DNA of 57,566 nt, from assembly GCA_041651535.1 (NCBI GenBank), contig JBAZIZ010000004.1, forward strand, positions 90,341 to 147,906, written 5' to 3'. The notes beneath the pieces are model-generated. The model saw only the letters and a list, made by a program, of their open reading frames with translations, was not told the DNA's origin and made no database searches. Shown here piece after piece: positions 18,998 to 26,306 of the stretch (the stretch's first letter is position 1; each line of letters begins with the position of its first letter). The position numbers and the translations under genes were made by a program. Origin of the DNA: Patescibacteria group bacterium. GTDB lineage: Bacteria; Patescibacteriota; Patescibacteriia; Magasanikbacterales; UBA922.

Positions 18998-19028
18998 AAT
19001 TTTGCATTTTGAATTTTTAATTTATTTT
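18992..19028. repeat. A/T-rich motif copy 2 (TTTTTTAATTTTGCATTTTGAATTTTTAATTTATTTT)
   Basis: Lies between the thrS stop codon (19022-19024) and its terminator hairpin. Confidence 0.65.
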
Positions 19029-20818
19029 CTCTCTTCAATTTCTTTTTTAATTTTTTCTAAAAATTTTTCTTTAGAAATTTTTAATTGTTCTTCCTCACCA
19101 CGAATTCTCACAGTCCAATCTTCTCCAGCAATTTCATTATCACCCACAACAACCATGTAAGGAGGTTTTTGGGCAGTCGCTTTTTTAATTTTTTTACCAA
19201 CTGTTTCATCAGCATCATCACTTTCTGATCTAATTCCCAATTCTTTAAATTCAGCAACTAATTTATTAGCAAAATCAATATGTTTTTCTGAAACTGGAAT
19301 AACTTTTATTTGAATTGGAGCAAGCCAAACTGGCAAATTGCCAATATAATGTTCAAGCATAATACCCATAAATCTTTCTATTGAGCCCAAAATAGCGCGA
19401 TGAAGCATTACTGGACGATGTTTTTCTCCGTCTTCTCCGATATAAGAAATATCAAATCTTTCTGGTAAATTCATATCAACTTGAAGTGTGCCCATTTGCC
19501 AATCGCGACCAATCGCATCACGCAAAACAAATTCTAATTTTGGTCCATAAAAAGCTCCTTCCCCTTTTGAAATTTCAAATTCATAATTATTATGTATCAA
19601 AGCATCAGCCAAAGCTTTTTCTGATTTATCCCAAACTTCTTCACTACCAATTCTCTTTTCTGGACGAGTTGAAAGTTTTATTCTTACTTTTTCAAAACCT
19701 AATTCTTTGTAAGTATCTAAAATAAACTTTACTACTTTTACACTTTCCTCTTCTATCTGTTCTGGAGTACAAAAAATATGTGCGTCATCTTGAGTAAATT
19801 CTCTAACTCGTAAAAGACCATGCAAAACGCCCGAAGCTTCATAACGATTTACTTTTCCAAATTCTGACATTTTGATTGGTAAATCTTTATAAGATTTTAA
19901 ACCGTTTTTATAAACTAAAATATTTCCTGGACAATTCATTGGTTTTACACAAAATTGTCTTTCATCTTCTGTTTTTCCAGAATAATTATGTTCACCATAT
20001 TTTTCCCAATGACCAGATGATTCCCAGAGTACTCTATCCATCAATCTTGGAGTTTCTACTTCTATATAACCTGATTTTTCTTGTTTTTCTCTCATGAAAT
20101 TTATCAGTGAACGATAAACAATCCAACCAGCTGGATGCCAAAAAACCGCACCAGGAGCATATTCAGGTTCAAAATGACATAAATCCATTGATTGTAATAA
20201 TTTTCTATGGTCTCTTTTTTCAGCTTCTTTTAAAAATTCAAAATATTCATTTAATTTTTCTTTTGTTTCAAAACAAACTCCATAAATACGTGTAAGTTGA
20301 GAATTTTTTTCATCGCCACGCCAATAAGCTCCAGCCAATTTTGTTAGTTTAAAAAAACCAACTTCTTTTGCTTTTTCTACATGAGGACCACGACATAAAT
20401 CAGTAAAATTTAAAGTTTTATATAAACTTACATTTTTTATATCATTTCCAAATGTATCAGCTAATTCTTTTTCTGAATTTATTTTTGTTGTTCCTTTTTC
20501 TTTAAGATCTTTTAAAAGCTCAACTTTATAATCCTGTTTTTCTGATTGAAAAAATTTTATCGCTTCATCTATTGGTAATTCCATTCTTTCAAAAAGCACG
20601 TTTTGTTTTTGTAATTCTTTAGCTTTTTCTTCAATTTTTTTTAAATCTTCTTCATTGATAGAATCTTTACCAAAATCTATATCATAATAAAAACCATTTT
20701 CTACTGTTGGCCCAACACCAAATTTAGCTATTGGATAAAGCTCTTTGACTGCAGCGGCCACTAAATGAGCGCAACTGTGACGCATCATTTCAATATTTTT
20801 TTCTTGTTTATTTTCCAT
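19022..20818 (-). CDS. thrS: threonine--tRNA ligase (no N-terminal TGS domain)
   Basis: RHSCAHLVAAAV editing-domain motif at residue about 12, class II motifs (FRVREFTQDDAHIF), anticodon-binding C-terminus. Confidence 0.95.
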   Translation of the reverse strand: MENKQEKNIEMMRHSCAHLVAAAVKELYPIAKFGVGPTVENGFYYDIDFGKDSINEEDLKKIEEKAKELQKQNVLFERMELPIDEAIKFFQSEKQDYKVELLKDLKEKGTTKINSEKELADTFGNDIKNVSLYKTLNFTDLCRGPHVEKAKEVGFFKLTKLAGAYWRGDEKNSQLTRIYGVCFETKEKLNEYFEFLKEAEKRDHRKLLQSMDLCHFEPEYAPGAVFWHPAGWIVYRSLINFMREKQEKSGYIEVETPRLMDRVLWESSGHWEKYGEHNYSGKTEDERQFCVKPMNCPGNILVYKNGLKSYKDLPIKMSEFGKVNRYEASGVLHGLLRVREFTQDDAHIFCTPEQIEEESVKVVKFILDTYKELGFEKVRIKLSTRPEKRIGSEEVWDKSEKALADALIHNNYEFEISKGEGAFYGPKLEFVLRDAIGRDWQMGTLQVDMNLPERFDISYIGEDGEKHRPVMLHRAILGSIERFMGIMLEHYIGNLPVWLAPIQIKVIPVSEKHIDFANKLVAEFKELGIRSESDDADETVGKKIKKATAQKPPYMVVVGDNEIAGEDWTVRIRGEEEQLKISKEKFLEKIKKEIEERK

Positions 20819-20842
20819 ATTAAAAATTAAATTTTAAATTAT

Positions 20843-21379
20843 TTATTTTTTATATTCTGATTTTAAAATACTCATCATAATTAAATCAGCATATTTTTTT
20901 GTAACTGGACTTATCACTCCTTCTCTTTTTACACCTTCTGTTTTAAATCCAACTCTTTTATAGACTTTTATTGCTCTTTTGTTTTCTTTATAAACATCTA
21001 ATTCAAAACGATTGTATTTTAATTTGTTAAAAACAAAATCAATCAATAATCGTATAGTTTCTGTTCCATAACCTTTATCCCATTCTTTTTTTTCTCCGAT
21101 AATTATCCCTAACGAAATTTTTTTATTTTTTTCAGATAATTTTAAATTAGTATTCCCAATAAGTAATTTGTTTTCGTTAACAATACTAAAAAAATATCTG
21201 TCTTTTTCTTTACTGATTTTTTTTATATATTTTTTTTCTTCTTCTAAATTTTTAACTTTTTGTACTGTTAAATATTTAATGACTTCTTTATCTTTTAGCC
21301 ACTTAAAAAATTTTTCAGCATCAGCAATCTTGACTGGTCTCAAAGTTAATCTTTTTCCTTTTAAAATTATTTTTTTCAT
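20843..21379 (-). CDS. GNAT N-acetyltransferase, RimJ/RimL-like
   Basis: LRPVKIADAEKFFKW...WDKGYGTE...NKRAIKVYKRVGF is the typical Acetyltransf_3 pattern. First gene after the T-box leader. Confidence 0.8.
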   Translation of the reverse strand: MKKIILKGKRLTLRPVKIADAEKFFKWLKDKEVIKYLTVQKVKNLEEEKKYIKKISKEKDRYFFSIVNENKLLIGNTNLKLSEKNKKISLGIIIGEKKEWDKGYGTETIRLLIDFVFNKLKYNRFELDVYKENKRAIKVYKRVGFKTEGVKREGVISPVTKKYADLIMMSILKSEYKK

Positions 21380-21391
21380 ATTTTTTTAATT

Positions 21392-21700
21392 TAAAAACCC
21401 CGACAAACAACTTTACAAATATAAAATTATCTATCGGGGTCCTTGTGTGAAAGACTTTTGGCAAAACCAGCAAGGTTTAAATAATTGAATATACAATTTC
21501 CAATACCTTGACGGTCTGCTGTTCTAAAGCTCACCAAAGGTGAGCGAAGGACGGTTCCACCCGTTTTTTTACTTTTTAAATTTTTATACTCCGAGAGTGG
21601 TATCTAAACGTTTTTCTCTTTAAAAAGGTTTTCAGCCACGACCTTTTTTCTCTTATAAAGGAAGCTAACGCCAGAATTGTTTCTCGTCCAAACGTATATA
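21392..21700 (-). promoter_or_regulatory. T-box leader, ACC (Thr) specifier, controlling GNAT-thrS
   Basis: Minus strand: CGGG-UGGAACC-GUCC (21563-21549) is the T-box core. GAU-ACC-A specifier context (ACC 21601-21599) is followed by CUCUCG pairing with CGAGA (21686-21682). There is an AGAGA bulge plus distal hairpin. A 13-bp terminator (21439-21427/21410-21398) with U5 has G-U pairs valid only in the minus sense. Confidence 0.7.
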
Positions 21701-21705
21701 ATTAA

Positions 21706-21734
21706 ATAATAGTATTTTTATCAAAAAATGTCAA
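21706..21734 (-). promoter_or_regulatory. sigma70-like promoter for the thrS T-box leader (TTGACA-17-TATTAT)
   Basis: Minus strand: TTGACA at 21734-21729, 17-nt spacer, TATTAT at 21711-21706. Confidence 0.55.
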
Positions 21735-21751
21735 ATCTTATAAATTAAAAA

Positions 21752-22147
21752 TTAAAAATGCAAAATTAAAAATAACCTAGTTATGGTTATTTTTGAATTT
21801 ATTATTATTGAACCAAGAATTTTGGATATTTCAATATTTTCTTTTATCAATTCATTAACCTGATGCTCTTTGATTTTATTTGTATCTTTTAATAAACTAA
21901 GCCAAAATTTTGTTTCATTAGATGATTTTAAAGAATGGTTTAGAAAATTTATAAAATCTTTTTTAGTACTCCCAGCTTGTGCTTCTATTATATTTGCTCC
22001 GATACTAGTTGAATTTCTTAATAATTGTTTGATAATTATTGAAAAACTTATTTCTTTATTTTTTGTTTCATCCAGTGTTTTGATAACATTAATCGCAAAT
22101 AAATAAGCCCTATATTTAATATTATTTTTCCCCTCCCATTTTTTCAT
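21752..22147 (-). CDS. four-helix-bundle protein (23S rRNA intervening-sequence protein family)
   Basis: KQLLRNSTSIGANIIEAQAGSTKKDFINFLNHSLKSSNETKFWLSLL matches the TIGR02436-type pattern from memory. Confidence 0.8.
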   Translation of the reverse strand: MKKWEGKNNIKYRAYLFAINVIKTLDETKNKEISFSIIIKQLLRNSTSIGANIIEAQAGSTKKDFINFLNHSLKSSNETKFWLSLLKDTNKIKEHQVNELIKENIEISKILGSIIINSKITITRLFLILHF

Positions 22148-22166
22148 ATTTTTTTAATTTTGCATT

Positions 22167-22186
22167 CCTGCCTGCCGGCAGGTAGG
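22167..22186. repeat. GC-rich palindrome CCTGCCTGCCGGCAGGTAGG inserted in motif copy 3
   Basis: Splits GCATT|TTGAA of the A/T-rich motif. About 8 bp of stem are possible. Confidence 0.6.
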
Positions 22187-22204
22187 TTGAATTTTTAATT
22201 TATT

Positions 22205-23338
22205 TTATTCTTCTCTAATAATAATCTCTACATTATCAGCTACATGAGGAATTGTTCTCATCCAAACTGGTTTAAAATTCATTTCAACACTTTTTACATG
22301 AGGTATTGCCATAACATATCTTTTTACTTCGTCTTCAGATTTTCCTAAAAACATTATTTTTTGTAATTCTCGACTATTTTGATCTATACTTACTAAACCA
22401 GAGTAAGACAAATTTAATTCAGCATCATTTTTAGCTAAATCTATTTTTTTGATACTAAGAGAAGCTTCATTATCAGAAGATTTTAAAACTTCACTATTGT
22501 TAGTAACTTCTCTATTTAATAAATCTACTGCGTAAGTATCAATTTGTTTTTTATCATAAAAAACTGCTGATATTGTTGCTTTTCCACTCAAAACAAAATT
22601 ATCAGCTTCTTCACCTATTTTTTTGCTATTTTCAAAAGTATATTGTTCTACTTGATAAAGACCTTCTCTATCAGAAAATTTTTCTCGCAAACTTTCTTTG
22701 CCTTTTTCTTTTAAAAATTCCACTAAAGCAGTTTCAGCTTCGGCAATATCTTTTTCATCTATTATACCAATTTTTCTAATTCCACCTTCCATTGCTTTTT
22801 CACTTTTAGCATAAATCTGACTTTGTTTTTCTTCACGCAAACCAGGAATAACAAAATCTCCAGCTTCAATATTTCCATTTGGACCTTCCTCATCAGCCAC
22901 AACTTCTGCTTTTACATTTCCTTTGGCTGGAACATTAACTCGCGATTTTAATCTAAACAAAATTCCATCTTTATTTAAAAGTCTAGTAGTAGCTACTAAA
23001 GGTTGATCAATTTCAGTTTCATTGTAAAGAGTAACTTCTCCTTCAGCTTTTGCTAAAATTGTTTTTTCTCCTTCTGGATAAAAAGTATTAGAAAATTCCA
23101 CAATCGTACTGGTTACTAAAGCATTTAAATTTAATTCTTTATCACTAAGTAGTAGCGAAGAATTTATTGAAATTGGTTCTGAAGAAGTAGAAATTACAAT
23201 TTCTGCACTTTTGCTTGACATAAAAATAATTGAGGCAAGCAAAAATAAAGTTAAAAATAAAAAAGTAATCGCAATTATTTTATAAAATTTGATAGACTGC
23301 GAAAACTGATTTTGATTATAATTTTTGTTACTAACCAT
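22205..23338 (-). CDS. membrane-anchored hypothetical protein (377 aa), last gene of the pilB operon
   Basis: Single N-terminal TM helix and a large extracytoplasmic beta-rich region. No domain recognised. Confidence 0.6.
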   Translation of the reverse strand: MVSNKNYNQNQFSQSIKFYKIIAITFLFLTLFLLASIIFMSSKSAEIVISTSSEPISINSSLLLSDKELNLNALVTSTIVEFSNTFYPEGEKTILAKAEGEVTLYNETEIDQPLVATTRLLNKDGILFRLKSRVNVPAKGNVKAEVVADEEGPNGNIEAGDFVIPGLREEKQSQIYAKSEKAMEGGIRKIGIIDEKDIAEAETALVEFLKEKGKESLREKFSDREGLYQVEQYTFENSKKIGEEADNFVLSGKATISAVFYDKKQIDTYAVDLLNREVTNNSEVLKSSDNEASLSIKKIDLAKNDAELNLSYSGLVSIDQNSRELQKIMFLGKSEDEVKRYVMAIPHVKSVEMNFKPVWMRTIPHVADNVEIIIREE

Positions 23339-23374
23339 ATAAAAAATGAAAAATAATTTATTTTTTTAATTTGT

Positions 23375-25099
23375 TTAATCAATAACTCGAAAAACTTCTT
23401 CTAAAGAAGTTATCCCTTGATTAGCTTTGACAACTCCATCTTCCACCATAGACAAAAAACCTTGTTTATGAAGTAATTCTTCTATAAAAGATTCTGCAAC
23501 ATTCCCCGCAGAAATCGCATTTTCAATATCTTTATTTACAATATAAATTTCATAAATTCCAATTCTGCCTTTATAACCAATGCCACTACATTTTTCACAG
23601 CCACGTTCACTAGCAACAAAAAATTTTTTATTTTCTTCAATATTTTTTTTCTCATCATTTGGCATAGTAGAAATTATTTTTTCTACTTTTTTCTTTTGTA
23701 CTTCTGGTAAATTTGCAAAATCAATTTCTTTTTTACAATGCGGACATAATCTTCTTACTAATCTTTGTCCCATCATACAATTTAAAGCAGGAGCTAATAA
23801 AAATGGTTTTAAACCCATTGCTAAAAATCTAGGAATTGTACCTGCAGCATTATTTGTGTGTAAAGTTGATAACATGAGATGTCCAGTTAAAGCTGCCTGA
23901 ACAGCGATGTCCGCAGTTTCTAAATCACGAATTTCTCCAACCATAACAATATCAGGATCCTGACGTAAAATAGAACGTAATCCTTTTGCAAAAGTATAAT
24001 CTTTACTTCTATCAATTTGACTTTGATTGATTCCTTCTAAACGATACTCTACTGGATCTTCTAAAGTAATTATTTTTACACCTGGTTTATTTAAAATATG
24101 TAAAATTGAATAAAGTGTTGTTGTCTTACCAGAACCAGTTGGACCAGTCGTGATAATCATCCCATTTGGTCTTTGAATTTCTTGCTTTAATAAATCAAAA
24201 GCTTTTGTAGATAAACCTAAATCTTCTAATTTTACTCCTTTTTCATCTTGAAACAAAAGACGCATAACTATGCTCTCCCCATAAACAGTAGGGATTGTAG
24301 AAACACGAACATCAACATCTCCACCGGGTTTTTTTATAGTAAATCGACCATCTTGTGGTTTATTAACTATGTTTATTTTTAAAGATGATTGTAATTTTAT
24401 TCTAGAAAGTAATTTTTCAAACAAATCTTTTGGCAATTCTGCTACATCATGTAAAATGCCGTCCAAACGAAAACGCAAAATAATTTTTCCTTCTTCAGCT
24501 TCAATATGAATATCACTAGCTTTTGTTTTCATACCAGCACCTAAAATTATGGTGATCATTTCACTAATTTTTTGTCCTGTTTTGAGAAGTTCGCGTATAG
24601 AACGAAAATCAACGACACTATCAGAAACTTTTTCCAAATCCTCAAGTTTTATTTCTATATCTTTACTAATTGGTTTAACATTTGGCATTGTGTCATAAAG
24701 TCTCATAACTCGTTTAAAACTAACTGGTGAAATAACATATAAAGCACCCCCAACATTTTTTCTGGATTTTAAATCATGAAGTAATTCTTCAACTTCAACA
24801 GCGGTTGGGTCTAAAGCACCAATTCTAATTTCTTCATTATCATAATAAAAACAAACAGCCCCAATTTTTAAAGCTGTTTCCTTTTCTATTTGTTTTAAAG
24901 AATCATGACTAACTGGAAATTTTGTCAAATTAATATGAGGAAAATTTATTTTTGCAGCAAATCTTTGTGCTTCGATTTCTAATTCTTTTTCTTTAATCTC
25001 AGTCATTTTTTTATCAAAAACTCCTTCGGTTTCATCCGAAGATATTTTTATTTTATTGTTATTAACTAATAAATCATTAATATTTCCCAAATCACTCAT
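23375..25099 (-). CDS. pilB: type IV pilus assembly ATPase (GspE/PilB family)
   Basis: GPTGSGKTTTLYS Walker A, DPDIVMVGEIRD, tetracysteine CPHC...CEKC motif. Confidence 0.9.
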   Translation of the reverse strand: MSDLGNINDLLVNNNKIKISSDETEGVFDKKMTEIKEKELEIEAQRFAAKINFPHINLTKFPVSHDSLKQIEKETALKIGAVCFYYDNEEIRIGALDPTAVEVEELLHDLKSRKNVGGALYVISPVSFKRVMRLYDTMPNVKPISKDIEIKLEDLEKVSDSVVDFRSIRELLKTGQKISEMITIILGAGMKTKASDIHIEAEEGKIILRFRLDGILHDVAELPKDLFEKLLSRIKLQSSLKINIVNKPQDGRFTIKKPGGDVDVRVSTIPTVYGESIVMRLLFQDEKGVKLEDLGLSTKAFDLLKQEIQRPNGMIITTGPTGSGKTTTLYSILHILNKPGVKIITLEDPVEYRLEGINQSQIDRSKDYTFAKGLRSILRQDPDIVMVGEIRDLETADIAVQAALTGHLMLSTLHTNNAAGTIPRFLAMGLKPFLLAPALNCMMGQRLVRRLCPHCKKEIDFANLPEVQKKKVEKIISTMPNDEKKNIEENKKFFVASERGCEKCSGIGYKGRIGIYEIYIVNKDIENAISAGNVAESFIEELLHKQGFLSMVEDGVVKANQGITSLEEVFRVID

Positions 25100-25104
25100 A
25101 AAAC

Positions 25105-26073
25105 TTATTTTTTAAACCAAGATAAAATTCTACTTACTATTCCTTCACGGCGCATTTTTATAAATAAAAATGTCCAAACACTTACATTAAAAACATTAAA
25201 CAAAGAAGAAATAAGTATTAAATAAATTGCAAAAGTTAAAACTCCAAAAATTATACACAAAACTGAAAAAAATACATTTGCTGAAAATAAAACTCCAAAC
25301 ATCAACAAAATACTTGGAAATAAGAAAATATAAAGACCTAAAATAGCTAACAAAAACAAAAGTAAATTAGCTAAAATCATGATAAAACCAACTTCAAATG
25401 AGACTAACCAGTGTTTTTTAAAAATATGCCAAGATAATTTAATTGCTTCCTTAAAATTTTTGTCTTCAGTAATTACAAAAGCTATCGCATAAATCATTAA
25501 AAATGATACAAGAATTCCAATCAAAGAAACCAAAAGAAATGAAAAAATAAATAAAAAATCTGACCACCATGAATTTAAAAATAAAACTTCAGCTAAAACA
25601 AAGATTAAAGAAAAAATTACAATTGACAAAACACCTTTCTTTAAAATGTTCAAAAAGAAAACTGGCCAAAACTTTTTAGCACCAGCATGCCAAGAAAGTG
25701 AAATATTTTCATATTTTCCTGTGTCAAAAAATGTAGCCGCATTTTTTATTAAAGCTCCTTGAGATACAATTGCGATATAAACAAAAACTAAAGCGAAAGC
25801 AAATAAAAAAGCTAAAACCCAAAATAACCATGACCATTGGCTAACACTTAAATAAATATTAGAAAATTTTATTCCAGACAAAGAAGAATAAAAATACCAA
25901 AACAAAGATGATGGTGTTTCTCCTCTAGCGACTAAAGTTATTTTAGATAAAAATTCAAAAATCCCAAATTGTCCTAATATCGAAATAAAAAAACCGTAAA
26001 ACCAAACTGATTTATGTTGCCAAGTAAATTTTAAACCAACTTTTATGGCTTCATTATATTTTGGTTCTGACAT
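25105..26073 (-). CDS. polytopic integral membrane protein (322 aa)
   Basis: About 7 hydrophobic helices. 5-nt gap to pilB. Confidence 0.6.
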   Translation of the reverse strand: MSEPKYNEAIKVGLKFTWQHKSVWFYGFFISILGQFGIFEFLSKITLVARGETPSSLFWYFYSSLSGIKFSNIYLSVSQWSWLFWVLAFLFAFALVFVYIAIVSQGALIKNAATFFDTGKYENISLSWHAGAKKFWPVFFLNILKKGVLSIVIFSLIFVLAEVLFLNSWWSDFLFIFSFLLVSLIGILVSFLMIYAIAFVITEDKNFKEAIKLSWHIFKKHWLVSFEVGFIMILANLLLFLLAILGLYIFLFPSILLMFGVLFSANVFFSVLCIIFGVLTFAIYLILISSLFNVFNVSVWTFLFIKMRREGIVSRILSWFKK

Positions 26074-26157
26074 ATTTTTATAATAAAAAATAAAAGAAAA
26101 TTGTTTCCAACTTAATTATAACATAAAAAGCTAAAAGTAAAAAGAGAAAAGCGAGTA

Positions 26158-26231
26158 AGCTCATAAGCTAGTAAGCTGATAAGTGTTTGGTTTTTTTCTT
26201 ACTTGCTTATATACTTTCGTGCTTACTAACT
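26158..26231. repeat. imperfect TAAGC/GCTTA-rich palindrome
   Basis: GAGTAAGCTCATAAGCTAGTAAGCTGATAAG ... CTTACTTGCTTATATACTTTCGTGCTTAC. The arms share the GTAAGC/ATAAGC units in inverted order. Confidence 0.45.
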
Positions 26232-26245
26232 ATTTCTAACAAACA

Positions 26246-26278
26246 AAAAACCGCTGCGATAATTTTACAACGGTTTTT
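26246..26278. terminator. terminator hairpin downstream of the lipoprotein gene
   Basis: AAAAACCGCTG...CAACGGTTTTT with flanking A/T runs. Confidence 0.6.
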
Positions 26279-26306
26279 AAATCTTAAAAATTTAATAACA
26301 TAGATT

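Larger units (their letters stand above)
21741..22207 (-). mobile_element. candidate inverted-repeat-bounded cassette carrying the four-helix-bundle gene
   Basis: The reverse complement of 21741-21777 matches 22148-22207 at about 33 of 34 positions once the 20-nt GC palindrome at 22167-22186 is removed. Solo copies of the same motif occur elsewhere. Confidence 0.35.

Noticed and set aside
21529-21545. GCUCACC-UUU-GGUGAGC hairpin followed by UUUA as the real thrS T-box terminator.
   Set aside because: Its U-tract is only 3 nt. An antiterminator competing with it would have to use the UGG of the tRNA-binding bulge. The distal 13-bp hairpin plus U5 overlaps a canonical GGAC-CCCG antiterminator strand. 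It is kept only as a possible pause or secondary element.
21392-21700. Considered RNase P RNA, tmRNA, SRP RNA or 6S RNA for this GC-richer ORF-free region.
   Set aside because: There is no GGAAAGUCC/ACAGAA..GGCUUA P4 pair. There is no tRNA-like 3' end with CCA-adjacent T-arm. There is no GGAA tetraloop or AGCAGC SRP motif. The T-box core, specifier context and terminator explain the region better.
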